In this document: in pieces, positions 10,962-20,691 of the stretch
How positions within the stretch are numbered: the stretch's first letter is position 1
Layout of the letters: the number at the start of each line of letters is the position of its first letter
Assembly: GCA_041596615.1 (NCBI GenBank)
Contig: JBFHIG010000004.1
Coordinates: 5,280-69,279 of the forward strand
DNA: 64,000 nt
Source of the DNA: Candidatus Moraniibacteriota bacterium
GTDB taxonomy: Bacteria > Patescibacteriota > Minisyncoccia > Moranbacterales > DUUL01
Direction: 5' to 3'
The notes under the pieces: model-generated
What the model saw: the letters and a program-made list of their open reading frames with translations, nothing else
The model's database searches: none
What the model was told of the DNA's origin: nothing
Position numbers and translations under genes: made by a program

Positions 10962-11082
10962 TTAACTAGCTCTTTCTCTTATTTTTTATCACCTGCGTGT
11001 AATCAAATAGGCGAAAATTGAATGAAACAATATCTCGCCCACCTGCTACATTTCACTAATTTTTAGTATCTCGAATAAACTT

Positions 11083-11358
11083 CTACTCTATGCGAATTGA
11101 TTTGCCACGAACGATTGCATTTGCAATTTTTGTTCTGGCACGTGAAAGAATTCTTTGCAATGTACTTTGTGATGTGTTCATTTTTCCCGCTGCCTCGGTT
11201 TGACTCATTCCTTTTTCATCAACGAGTCTCAACGATTCAGCTTCTTCTCTTTCGAGAACAACTTCTTGCAAATCTTTGTCAAGAATTCCTTCTGGTTTAA
11301 ACAGAGACGACTTTGGTCGAAAATGTACCTTTCGACGTAATTTTGGTCTTGGTGACAT
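11083..11358 (-). CDS. DUF134/UPF0251-type small HTH DNA-binding protein
   Basis: MSPRPKLRRKVHFRPKSSLFKPEG followed by a sigma-70 region-4-like HTH (MSQTEAAGKMNTSQSTLQRILSRARTKIA). Confidence 0.7.
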   Translation of the reverse strand: MSPRPKLRRKVHFRPKSSLFKPEGILDKDLQEVVLEREEAESLRLVDEKGMSQTEAAGKMNTSQSTLQRILSRARTKIANAIVRGKSIRIE

Positions 11359-11542
11359 AATTTTTTATCTGTGCTTACTAAAACACACAGATTGCCCTCT
11401 TAATGTGTTTCCGCAGTCACTAATTAATTATCCATCTATATTGTACTTTATTCCCATTAAAAAAACAACCCTCACAAGACGAAATTCACCATACTAATCT
11501 ATATTCTAAACTACTAAAATTAGCTTGTTTTATAGCATTTTT

Positions 11543-11570
11543 TTGACGTTTTCATTTTTTCCAGTATACT
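11543..11570 (+). promoter_or_regulatory. Sigma-70-type promoter candidate for the GT2/ligase-like operon
   Basis: TTGACG (11543-11548), 16-nt spacer, TATACT (11565-11570), 40 nt upstream of the ATG at 11611. Confidence 0.4.
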
Positions 11571-11610
11571 TGATTACTGGCGTCTTTAAATTTAATTACT
11601 TTAAATAAAA

Positions 11611-12378
11611 ATGAATCTTTCAATTATTTTAGTAAATTATCAAAGTGAAAAATGGCTCGAAAATTGTTTAGAAAAACTAAGTGAAGATAGTTGCCCTGCT
11701 CTTGATTTTGAAGTTATTATCATCAATAACGATAATAAAAAATTCCTTCCTAGCAAGAAGCTCTCTTTCATTCCAAAAATAGTCCAGAGTAAGGAAAATC
11801 TTGGTTTTGGGAGAGCTAACAACTTGGGGGTGAAAATTGCCAAAGGTAAAAATATTTTATTCTTAAATCCTGATACCATTTTTAAAAGAAAAGACATCAA
11901 ACTGCTCTTTTGTTATTTTGAAAAAAACCCACATATCGGGGTGTTGAGCCCGCTGATAATCCAAGCCTCTCGCCTACAAGCACAACCATTTACTTGTGGT
12001 AAAAAAACCTCTCTTCTGGGAATTATCTTTAGAAATACAATTTTAAAACCGTGGAACAAAAAAACCCCGACCAATGTTGATTGGGTTTCTGGCACTGCAT
12101 TATTAACAAGAAAACACCTTTTTGAAAAAGTTGGGGGTTTTGATGAAAATTTTTTTATGTATTTTGAGGACCAAGATCTGTGTCTTAGGATTAAAAAACT
12201 AGGATATGATATTGTTTTTTTTCCCAAAAGCACTGTTTTGCATTATGACGGAAAATGTTGGCCAAACACCAAGAAACAAAAAAATTCTTTTTATAAATCT
12301 CAAGACTACTTTTTTAAAAAACATTACCCCTCTTATAAATATTTTATCCTCAGAGCTTTAAAAAGAATAGCTTTATGA
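11611..12378 (+). CDS. Family 2 glycosyltransferase
   Basis: SIILVNYQSEKWLENCL, FGRANNLG, FLNPD and MYFEDQDLCLR, the classic GT2 (GT-A) motifs. Confidence 0.85.
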   Translation: MNLSIILVNYQSEKWLENCLEKLSEDSCPALDFEVIIINNDNKKFLPSKKLSFIPKIVQSKENLGFGRANNLGVKIAKGKNILFLNPDTIFKRKDIKLLFCYFEKNPHIGVLSPLIIQASRLQAQPFTCGKKTSLLGIIFRNTILKPWNKKTPTNVDWVSGTALLTRKHLFEKVGGFDENFFMYFEDQDLCLRIKKLGYDIVFFPKSTVLHYDGKCWPNTKKQKNSFYKSQDYFFKKHYPSYKYFILRALKRIAL

Positions 12379-13637
12379 AACTATTAAATTGGGAAAAGAT
12401 ATTTCTCCTTTCCATAGCTATTCTGCCTTTTTGTTTCGCTTTAAACCCGACAAGTTCAATAGACCTGCCACTTGTTAGACTTTTATTTCCTCTAACTTTT
12501 TTGCTTTGGTTGTTTTCATCGCTTTTTGAAAAGAAAATCATTCTAGATAACCGACCTCGTTTTTTTCTGCTTTTATTTTTTTTATTTTTTTGTTCAATCT
12601 CTTTTTTTTGGGCAAATGACAAATCTGCTGCATCAACAAAAATCCTTTTTCTACTCTCCTTTTTCCCAGTATATTTTTTGACCTATTCCTTAACAACTAA
12701 AAAAAGACTAAGGTTGTTGTTGATAAAAGTCTTTGTTTTTAGTTCATTTTTCGCCGCTATCTTTGCCTTATTTATATTTTCCTTACAATTCATCCTGGGA
12801 ATCGACAATGCAATTTTATTTGCTTCAAAGTCTACCTCCTTTTTCTTGGGGGCTAATTTCTCTACCATGGTAATGTCCTATCCCAGTTGGCTTGTAAATA
12901 TTAACGGAAAAACCATAATGCGAACTTTTGGTTCATTCCCAGATCCTCATCTCTTTTCACTTTTTATCAACCTTTCTTTGCCATTTTCTTTTTATTTGTG
13001 GGAAAAAACTTCTTCACGTTTCTATTTATTTTTTGGAATTGTTTGTTTAATTTCAAGCTTACTTAGTTTTTCACGTGCTGCGTACCTTGGTATTTTTCTC
13101 GGATTTATTTTTTCTATTTTTCTATTTTCAAATCTCAACAACCTTGTGCTTTTTACAAAAAAACATTTTTCTAAATTCCTGGGAATTGTTTTTTTATTTT
13201 TTCTTTTCTTAACCATACCAAATCCCTTATTTCAAAGATTTATTTCTTCTTTTGATATAAATGAAGGTTCAAATTCTGGCAGAATAGAAATGTGGCAATT
13301 AGCAATAAACAATACTCTGGAAAAACCTTTTTTTGGTGTTGGGATTGGGAATTTTGCCAAATATAATTTTCCTATGTCCACGAGTACAGATCCAATTTAT
13401 GCACATAATCTTTTTTTGGATTTCAGTTCTGAAATCGGCCTTATTGGAACAATTTTTCTAATTATTTTATTTCTGATACCTTTTTTAAAGCTAAGCCAGC
13501 AATCCTCTTCTCTAGTCAAAGCAACAGCGGTTGCGTTTTTAATTTTCATAATCCATTCTTTTTTCGAAACACCCTTTTACTCTGTCCACGTACTACCTTT
13601 ATTTTTTTTACTTTTAGCCATTAATAAAGATGTTTAA
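12375..13637 (+). CDS. O-antigen ligase/polymerase-like (Wzy_C-type) polytopic membrane protein
   Basis: At least 10 TM segments, SFSRAAYLG, GSNSGRIEMWQ..., FFGVGIGNF and AHNLFLDFSSEIGLIG. It overlaps the upstream GT2 gene by 4 nt. Confidence 0.65.
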   Translation: MKLLNWEKIFLLSIAILPFCFALNPTSSIDLPLVRLLFPLTFLLWLFSSLFEKKIILDNRPRFFLLLFFLFFCSISFFWANDKSAASTKILFLLSFFPVYFLTYSLTTKKRLRLLLIKVFVFSSFFAAIFALFIFSLQFILGIDNAILFASKSTSFFLGANFSTMVMSYPSWLVNINGKTIMRTFGSFPDPHLFSLFINLSLPFSFYLWEKTSSRFYLFFGIVCLISSLLSFSRAAYLGIFLGFIFSIFLFSNLNNLVLFTKKHFSKFLGIVFLFFLFLTIPNPLFQRFISSFDINEGSNSGRIEMWQLAINNTLEKPFFGVGIGNFAKYNFPMSTSTDPIYAHNLFLDFSSEIGLIGTIFLIILFLIPFLKLSQQSSSLVKATAVAFLIFIIHSFFETPFYSVHVLPLFFLLLAINKDV

Positions 13638-14805
13638 ATATATAAATTACCTAACAATAGCTTTTTTACCAGTTTATTTATTTAAAATTCCCCTTACAAC
13701 GGGGGTAAGTATAAATTTATTGGACATTCTCTTGTTGGTTTCAATTTTTTTCAACCTCTTCCAAATAACTCAAACTGGTAACCTAAAAGAGTTTTTTTCA
13801 GTTCGACTCTCCATTAAACTTGCTCTTTTTTTCTTCACCTTTGGTTATCTTTTTTCTTTTTTTGAAAATTTTGAGAAAAGCTCTTTTTTTGACACTCTTG
13901 GTTTATTGAAAAGTTTTCTAATTTTACCAATTTTATTTTCCTTAACCTCTTCTTTTTTGGTTTACAAAAAAGAACTTTTTGTAAAATATTTTTTATACTC
14001 TTTTGTTTTTATGACTAGCACCTTGTCTGTTTTTGGCTTTTTTTATTTCTTTTCTAATTTACTGACTTTTGATGGCCGTTTAGAAATATTCTTTAATTCT
14101 CCTAATGCATTGGCTATGCTTTTGGGCCCAGGAATTATTATAATTCTCTTCTTTTTAAGCAAATCACATGGTTATTTCTATGCTTTTTTATTAACTTTGC
14201 TTTTTTTCCACACCTTTTCCACAATAGCAACTTCTTCCTCTGGTAGCTTTTTTTCACTCTTTACTCTTTTTGCTCTTTTTGCTTTCACAAAGTCAACAAA
14301 ACTAAGTCTACTTAAAATCTATCCTTTTTTTATTCTCGCCACCCTGCTTTTCTCAACATCTGTCCTTTTCCTCTCACCTTTACTTAAAAAAACAAATTAC
14401 CCTCAAAATATTCCCCCCTCTTCTTTTGATTCAAGGATTGTTATTTATGATGTAACAAGACAAATAATCTCAACCAATTTTGTTTTTGGTGTTGGTCCAG
14501 GAAATTTTCAAAACAATTATTTATTAAAACAATCCGATAATCCGCCCTATCCTCAATGGGCAGTTCCTCATCCACACAACAATTTATTGTTAATTATCGT
14601 TGAGGGCGGTATTTTGGTTTTATTTGGTTATCTCCTGTTCATATTCAGCAACCCTAAAATCAAAAAAATGTCTTTTGACATCTTGCTTATTTTCGTTTTA
14701 TTCTATTTTTTATTACACGGTATCGTGGATACAACCTTCTGGAAAAATGATCTTTCTGTTATTTTTTGGCTCTTAATTGGCTTTTTAAATTTTTATAAAA
14801 AATAA
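13630..14805 (+). CDS. Second O-antigen ligase/polymerase-like polytopic membrane protein (paralog)
   Basis: FGVGPGNF and PHPHNNLLLIIVEGGILV, multi-TM. It overlaps the upstream paralog by 8 nt. Confidence 0.65.
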   Translation: MFKYINYLTIAFLPVYLFKIPLTTGVSINLLDILLLVSIFFNLFQITQTGNLKEFFSVRLSIKLALFFFTFGYLFSFFENFEKSSFFDTLGLLKSFLILPILFSLTSSFLVYKKELFVKYFLYSFVFMTSTLSVFGFFYFFSNLLTFDGRLEIFFNSPNALAMLLGPGIIIILFFLSKSHGYFYAFLLTLLFFHTFSTIATSSSGSFFSLFTLFALFAFTKSTKLSLLKIYPFFILATLLFSTSVLFLSPLLKKTNYPQNIPPSSFDSRIVIYDVTRQIISTNFVFGVGPGNFQNNYLLKQSDNPPYPQWAVPHPHNNLLLIIVEGGILVLFGYLLFIFSNPKIKKMSFDILLIFVLFYFLLHGIVDTTFWKNDLSVIFWLLIGFLNFYKK

Positions 14806-14806
14806 T

Positions 14807-15979
14807 TTATTTAAGAGGTATCGCATAAACACTTCTATCCACCCTGTCCGTAAAGAAAAGAAATTTTTCATTATCATCTAGAAATAAGTTTTCGGCATCT
14901 ACCGGAATCATCTCGGAACTTTCCAGAAGCCTTCTTTTTTTACCAGTTTCTACATCAATCTTCCAAAAAGTATCAATTGAATTATATTTATTTGCCTCCC
15001 AATCATTTGGCAATACCACGTCTTTTTCGGCATAAACCATCATAGCACAATAGATATTTCTATTGTCATTAGACCATACACATTTTTTTACTGAAGTAGG
15101 AAAATTCAAACCTCTAAATTCCCCGCCCTTTGAATTCATTGAACTTATTGTAATGTTACCACCCATTTGCTCATTAACATAAGATACAATAAGTCTATTT
15201 CCATTGTTAGCCCAAAGATAATCAGCAGCAAAAACTCCTTTGTGCAAGGTTTCTGTTTGTTTGCTTTTAATATCAATACAATCCAAACTGGCTTCGAAAT
15301 TTGCATCTGGGGCTCGATTATAACAAATCTTATTACCCCCCTTTGGTATTTTGAAATCAATCCTTTCATATTGTAAATTTTCCACGAGATCTTCTTCGTT
15401 TTCACCGTTTTCATCTGCAGTTATAATTTTTCGCTCCTTTGTTTCATAATTAAATGTTTTATAAACCAATCTATCCTCTGTTCCATTGTTATACCAATCT
15501 GCATATTCAACTTTTTCCGCTAATTTAATGATTGTATTTTTATTTAAATCATAGACGATATAGTCTGTTTTTTCTTTTATCAAAGCCTTGTTTCTGTTTG
15601 AATTCCATTTTATACCCCTCACATCAATAAAAGGATACCCTCCAATTGAGCTTTTTGCTTGACCTTTAAAATCAGTTAGTAAAAAATTTCTGTTTTGATA
15701 ATACAAAACCTGAGAAGTTGTTTTATTTAAAACAGCTCCTTTTATTGGACCTTCTTCTCCTTTTATTAATTTATAAATTTTCTCTCCTTCCGGGATCTTC
15801 TTTTCGGTTTGCTCTTCTACTTCCTCGGTCACAACTTCTGTCTCCGTAGCACTTTCTGTCTTCCTTTCGGTTTCTTTTTTAGCAAAAAAAGCTTCATCAG
15901 AAGAAATGCTATGAATAATAAAAGCCAAAAGCGTTGTAAAAAAAATAATTACAAGAGCTATAAAAAAATTTTTTGACAT
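14807..15979 (-). CDS. N-terminally membrane-anchored protein with Glu-rich linker and TolB/PD40-like beta-propeller region; last gene of the T4SS-like array
   Basis: TM segment FFIALVIIFFTTLLAFIIH, an acidic linker (TESATETEVVTEEVEEQTE), then repeated strand-rich segments with W/Y/N/D periodicity. It starts 42 nt downstream of the pilin-like gene. Confidence 0.45.
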   Translation of the reverse strand: MSKNFFIALVIIFFTTLLAFIIHSISSDEAFFAKKETERKTESATETEVVTEEVEEQTEKKIPEGEKIYKLIKGEEGPIKGAVLNKTTSQVLYYQNRNFLLTDFKGQAKSSIGGYPFIDVRGIKWNSNRNKALIKEKTDYIVYDLNKNTIIKLAEKVEYADWYNNGTEDRLVYKTFNYETKERKIITADENGENEEDLVENLQYERIDFKIPKGGNKICYNRAPDANFEASLDCIDIKSKQTETLHKGVFAADYLWANNGNRLIVSYVNEQMGGNITISSMNSKGGEFRGLNFPTSVKKCVWSNDNRNIYCAMMVYAEKDVVLPNDWEANKYNSIDTFWKIDVETGKKRRLLESSEMIPVDAENLFLDDNEKFLFFTDRVDRSVYAIPLK

Positions 15980-16021
15980 ATTGTATTTTACTTGAGGTTC
16001 TGTCTCGCACTAAAAACAAAT

Positions 16022-16435
16022 TTAATTACAATTTTCTTTCTTTAAACAGTTCTTTATCGTCGGCATTGTTTTCATGGTATTTGATGTTAAATCAGGATTG
16101 ATAACATTAAGCAATAACCAGGCAACAAGTGCTAGACCTAAACCAAAGATAGCGCTGTAAATTGTCTCTTTTGCATCACCCATTGTAGATGCGTTCCCTG
16201 CAGAAAATACAGTATACTTAAAAGCACCAAATCCAATCATAAAAATTGCCAACAAAGCCGCAACCCCAATCCCAAAGGTATACAAAGAATTTAAATAAGA
16301 CATGAAGTCGTCTGTTCCCCCAGATTGTCCGGGAATAATTTCTCTGGTTGTGTATCCAGCAGCAAAAACATTACTAGCTACAAAAAAACTAGTTATGCTT
16401 ATAAATGCTAAAATTTTATTTCTTTTTAAGCTCAT
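16022..16435 (-). CDS. VirB2/TrbC-like T4SS pilin candidate
   Basis: 137 aa with signal peptide (..SNVFAAG), a short polar stretch and two hydrophobic helices (FGIGVAALLAIFMIGFGAF / IFGLGLALVAWLLLNVI). This is the topology of T4SS pilins. It sits in an operon with VirB4, VirB6 and PrgI homologues. Confidence 0.5.
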   Translation of the reverse strand: MSLKRNKILAFISITSFFVASNVFAAGYTTREIIPGQSGGTDDFMSYLNSLYTFGIGVAALLAIFMIGFGAFKYTVFSAGNASTMGDAKETIYSAIFGLGLALVAWLLLNVINPDLTSNTMKTMPTIKNCLKKENCN

Positions 16436-16445
16436 TTTTTTGTCT

Positions 16446-19271
16446 TTATAAGGCCTTATTTAATTTAACAGCATAAGCTAACCCAAATAAAATACTCCAG
16501 ATTAAAACCATTGCGATTGCTAATCTAATCACAAATAGTAAATAGTGTGGGGCATTGTTTATAGAAGATGCTAGGTATTGCTTAAGTGTTGTGTCTTGGG
16601 CTAATGCCATATTAAAAGCAACCTTAACTGAAATCGAAGTGTCTTTTGCTAAAGTATGCGTATCAATAATTCTCCAGGTATCTTTTAACATTTCCACGTA
16701 TTCATTTACTCCTCCTGAGGAAAAATTCTTAATAATTCTAGCTTTAAGATCAATTCCACTTCCAAGGGTCATATCCGGAGGAATTGTAAAAGTAATTTGA
16801 TCACCAGCTACCACTGTATTTAATTGCATCACATTATCTGCAATAAAATCTGCATCAACCTCCCTATTGTTAATATACCAAACCAAATCAACCTCGTTGT
16901 CGTCTTGAACGGCATCAGTATTGATAATCATATATCTTGGCACCGCAACGGCCCTAAAAGTAACCGTGGTACTATTGTCAGCTTCAAAAATTTCATTTGA
17001 GGCTGTTCCATCAAACCTTTCTGTGGCAACAGCTCCCGCAACTGGTTCTATTACAGCTTTTGGGTTTGAAATTGACAAGAGTCTTTGTGAGATAAAGTCC
17101 GTTGCCCCATCCGTAGAATTCGATCTTTTGTTTGAAACAGATATTGAGGCTGTTGAATCTTCGGACCCTCTTACTGTGAAAAAAACTTCTTCTTCTGGTG
17201 TTGTTCCGCAACCAACTCCACCAGAAATTCGACAATTAACCACTGATTCAATTTGACCACTGTTTATATTCCAGGCATATCTATCAAAAGGGGCTGTTCC
17301 ATCAGCAGTAACCGCTTCTGCAACCAATACTTCGTAGGGATATACCGGGCATATATCTTTGTATAAATCTGTGTTACAAATTTGTGGTCCTCTTGTCCAC
17401 ACTCCACCATTTCTTATTGCCTTATACAAATTCATTGCCACAACATTTTTGGTAACAGGGAAATAAATTTTTTCAATTGCCCCAACCGTTCTGCCATCTG
17501 GATCAGTTGCTATGCCACCAGCCAGTGATTCATGTTCACTAACTATAACACTAACTCTCAACCAAACCTTATTATCACCGGCTGGTAAGGCTGGTAACCC
17601 AGCAACAGCACCAAAAATAGCACTTGTGGGGAAGAATTTTAATTCTCTAACACCCATGCCTTCAGTAAATGTTTCGTATATCAGACTTGCGTTTGGAATG
17701 GGGTGATTACAATCAGTAAAGTCATTGCCATTACAACGATCCACTTGCCAACTATAAAATAGAAAGTCTTCATTAACAACCTCGTTACTCATACTTGCAT
17801 TAACAGTTATAAGATCAGACCTCTTCTGTTCAACAACTGGTTCTACGGCATCAAATTGAGGATTTTCTGGGATAACACTTAATTCTGGATCAAGTATATT
17901 CCCCCCTACTTCATTTACTGGAACCGTGGAAAGATAATTAAAGCCCCAATCACTATTACCAGGTTCGCAACCATCATCGTCTAACGGCCCACCCGATGCC
18001 AGTCGCAATCTCATACTGTCATCATGATTTGAACATATTCCAGTTGTTGCCCACATTATTTTATAATAAGCGTTCAATTCTCCACTCCCAGTAGTTACTC
18101 CTGAGCCAAAAGCTTCTGTAATGCTATTATCACAAGAATCGTAGTTTGCCATTCCGTCATTATATGCTGTCATATCAGCGTCTATAAGATCACTTCCAAA
18201 ATTTAAACTAGCTGGTAAAAAAGTTGAGCAAAAGGCTGAAGCTTGAGCGCTAGTAGCAAAAAGTCGCACAACCCCTGTTGTTGGATCAGTGACATTAAAA
18301 CCTTCGACTATAGACTCTTCCATTTCTCCACCTTCTGAAATTGGAAGCATTGATGTCCCCTCAACAACAAGTCCCACTTCATCTCCAGGTCTATAAATCC
18401 AGGTAAATTGGGTTTGATTTAGTCCAGCTAGATCAGCTTCATCCTCAATTCCATCGCTATCAGTGTCTGAATTTGTTGGGTCTGTGCCCCAACATTCTTC
18501 TTCGGCCACGTCAAAATCTCCATCACCTATACGCCCAACACCACACCTTGCAAACTCATGACTACATCTTTTAATTTCATCTCTTCCGGCTCTTGCATCC
18601 TGCTCAGAATCTCCCATATTTTCACTACCAACTTGTTTGCCAAAGTTATGTCTATAACATCTGGTTATTGCGCTATATCTCACTATCTGTTTTTTAGCAT
18701 CAAACATAACTGACGGATCATCATCAAATTCTCCCACACCATCTCCCAATTTAGCACCAACACCGTCAGAACCTCCATAACTAGCATCAAAACCATCATC
18801 ATCTTCTAGCGCTGGGGGAATAGTTCCATAGTTTATATTAAATAAAGTTGGGTCAAAATTTCCCCTTGCTATAATTCCCATAGCCTCTCTTTTTCCTGCC
18901 TCAATCGTATTTAAGGCCCTGCCTTCGTTATCATGATGAACAATATACCAGGTATAGTAAAGGTCACCCATATCCGTTCGAAAACCTTTTGGAGCAGAAA
19001 GTGCTGTTACTTTTTCCCCTTCTTTTGGGTCTGTTTTATTGAAAGTAATCTCCACCGTTGGAGCTATTACCTTCTTGCCAGCTCTTCTAAGCGCATCTTT
19101 ATCAAACCCATATCTATCTTCCATACACTCAGACATTCTATTGAGATCCACCGTCGCTCCTTTTGTGGCGCTAACCTGACACTGAGCCTCTGCAAAAACG
19201 TTGTTTGTTTTTAATAAAAATATTGCCAGCGCCACAAAGCAAACTTTTGCTATTTTTTTGTATTTTTTCAT
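16446..19271 (-). CDS. Large (941 aa) Cys-rich secreted/surface protein with a thrombospondin-type-3-like repeat and a C-terminal TM anchor
   Basis: Signal peptide MKKYKKIAKVCFVALAIFLLKTNNVFA, WGTDPTNSDTDSDGIEDEADLAG (DxDxDG Ca-binding type), many Cys residues, and a C-terminal TM (LLFVIRLAIAMVLIWSILFGLAYAV). Confidence 0.6.
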   Translation of the reverse strand: MKKYKKIAKVCFVALAIFLLKTNNVFAEAQCQVSATKGATVDLNRMSECMEDRYGFDKDALRRAGKKVIAPTVEITFNKTDPKEGEKVTALSAPKGFRTDMGDLYYTWYIVHHDNEGRALNTIEAGKREAMGIIARGNFDPTLFNINYGTIPPALEDDDGFDASYGGSDGVGAKLGDGVGEFDDDPSVMFDAKKQIVRYSAITRCYRHNFGKQVGSENMGDSEQDARAGRDEIKRCSHEFARCGVGRIGDGDFDVAEEECWGTDPTNSDTDSDGIEDEADLAGLNQTQFTWIYRPGDEVGLVVEGTSMLPISEGGEMEESIVEGFNVTDPTTGVVRLFATSAQASAFCSTFLPASLNFGSDLIDADMTAYNDGMANYDSCDNSITEAFGSGVTTGSGELNAYYKIMWATTGICSNHDDSMRLRLASGGPLDDDGCEPGNSDWGFNYLSTVPVNEVGGNILDPELSVIPENPQFDAVEPVVEQKRSDLITVNASMSNEVVNEDFLFYSWQVDRCNGNDFTDCNHPIPNASLIYETFTEGMGVRELKFFPTSAIFGAVAGLPALPAGDNKVWLRVSVIVSEHESLAGGIATDPDGRTVGAIEKIYFPVTKNVVAMNLYKAIRNGGVWTRGPQICNTDLYKDICPVYPYEVLVAEAVTADGTAPFDRYAWNINSGQIESVVNCRISGGVGCGTTPEEEVFFTVRGSEDSTASISVSNKRSNSTDGATDFISQRLLSISNPKAVIEPVAGAVATERFDGTASNEIFEADNSTTVTFRAVAVPRYMIINTDAVQDDNEVDLVWYINNREVDADFIADNVMQLNTVVAGDQITFTIPPDMTLGSGIDLKARIIKNFSSGGVNEYVEMLKDTWRIIDTHTLAKDTSISVKVAFNMALAQDTTLKQYLASSINNAPHYLLFVIRLAIAMVLIWSILFGLAYAVKLNKAL

Positions 19272-19309
19272 GGTTTGTTTTTGTTTAGAACTCTTTTTTG
19301 TTTAGAACT

Positions 19310-19990
19310 CTATGAAATAAATTGCGAATAAAAATAAATATCTAGTATTAATAAATATATCCAATGAAATACTGTTGAGACAAAAATTGATTTATTTTTA
19401 TAAGCAATAAATCCAAAAAATATGTTTGGGATTATTATTAAAAGCATGCTCTGCGCTGATATCATTCCTCCAACACCCAACTCATAGAACAAAAAAAAGA
19501 AAGCCTGCGCGATAATAGCAAAACTTGCTCCCATAATCGAGGTCAATCCTTTCATCACAAATCCTCTAAAAAAGAATTCTTTTGCTAAAATTACAATGGG
19601 GAGAACAAAAAGGTCAACAAAGAGTATTAACTTAACATCTTTCATCATTATCCAAGAAGAAATCCTTAAGCTTTCTTGCCAGTTTAATTTTACCACAAAA
19701 AGTGTCATCAGCGCAATAAAAATAACCATGGCTATCAAAGAAACTCCTACGCTCTTCAAGGTTAACTTGCTTTTAAGAAAATATTCCTTTGGATTTTCTT
19801 TGAGAATTTTTTTAATAATAAAAAACGGTGCCACAAATAGGAGGAATATTGAAGTAATCATCCACTCGAAGATTCCTCCCAACTTAACATCTCTTAGAAA
19901 AAAGTTTGTTAAAAAAATAACCAACCCTAGGTTTACTAGAATTATCAAAAATAGAATTTTTTTATTTTTTATTTTTTTATTTTTTATCAT
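19310..19990 (-). CDS. CPBP (CAAX/Abi) family intramembrane glutamic protease
   Basis: Multi-TM with EFFFRG (EExxxR-type motif 1) and FHWIYL (motif with conserved His). The first ATG is at 19990; the track start at 19993 is GTG. Confidence 0.7.
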   Translation of the reverse strand: MIKNKKIKNKKILFLIILVNLGLVIFLTNFFLRDVKLGGIFEWMITSIFLLFVAPFFIIKKILKENPKEYFLKSKLTLKSVGVSLIAMVIFIALMTLFVVKLNWQESLRISSWIMMKDVKLILFVDLFVLPIVILAKEFFFRGFVMKGLTSIMGASFAIIAQAFFFLFYELGVGGMISAQSMLLIIIPNIFFGFIAYKNKSIFVSTVFHWIYLLILDIYFYSQFIS

Positions 19991-20013
19991 CACTAGTTTT
20001 TTTCTTTTTATTC

Positions 20014-20682
20014 TTAGGTAGATTCAATTGCCATTCCTAATTCTCTATATTTTATCTTGGCCCTTTCTGCTCTTTTCTTTAAAACATGACTCGCATGCAT
20101 AACACAAATAATATTTAATGGTAACAGTCCGACAACAGGAATGATTTCCAAGAATAACAAAAGGGCTCTTATTGCTTTAATTTTCCAGTTTCCAGATCCC
20201 CAAAGCATTATAAAAAGCACCGGAGTGAAAATAAAGCTTGTTACAAAGGCCAATACCGGTATCCAATCAAAAACAAAATCCATAAAAAAAGCTAGGATAT
20301 AGGCAACTTGTACTGCCGTATTATCGCCCTCTCTCATCTGTCTTCTTAGCTTAACTCCAAGTTCGACAACTCTAACTGGGAGCATCACTTTTGAACCAGT
20401 TGCTGCTTTGTGGATACTTTTTGCCGCCATTATTCTAGTATCCTCTTCCCTTTTTATTGATTGATTATATTGCTCCCCATCCACACCATTTCTGTCTATT
20501 TTATAGTTATCATGCCTTGCCTGTTGGAGCTTATTATAATCCTCTATCTCCTTCGCCTTTCTTGTTTCTTGCTCCATTGCATGTGTATAAAGAGGCTTTT
20601 TTGAAAAGCTTGATCTTGCGCTCTTATTTATGTTTTTTTCTCTTTTATCAAACATACCCAAATAGTTATTAACTTTAAACAC
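20014..20682 (-). CDS. Membrane protein of unknown function (charged N-terminal half, 3 C-terminal TM segments)
   Basis: ORF 9 nt downstream of the virB4 stop. The start at 20682 is GTG and the first ATG is at 20655, so the start is uncertain. Confidence 0.45.
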   Translation of the reverse strand: MFKVNNYLGMFDKREKNINKSARSSFSKKPLYTHAMEQETRKAKEIEDYNKLQQARHDNYKIDRNGVDGEQYNQSIKREEDTRIMAAKSIHKAATGSKVMLPVRVVELGVKLRRQMREGDNTAVQVAYILAFFMDFVFDWIPVLAFVTSFIFTPVLFIMLWGSGNWKIKAIRALLLFLEIIPVVGLLPLNIICVMHASHVLKKRAERAKIKYRELGMAIEST

Positions 20683-20691
20683 CTTGTTTCA

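Noticed and set aside
10962-11082. Possible T-box leader upstream of metG.
   Set aside because: The spacer is only about 120 nt. I could not find the conserved T-box sequence or a specifier-loop/antiterminator architecture.
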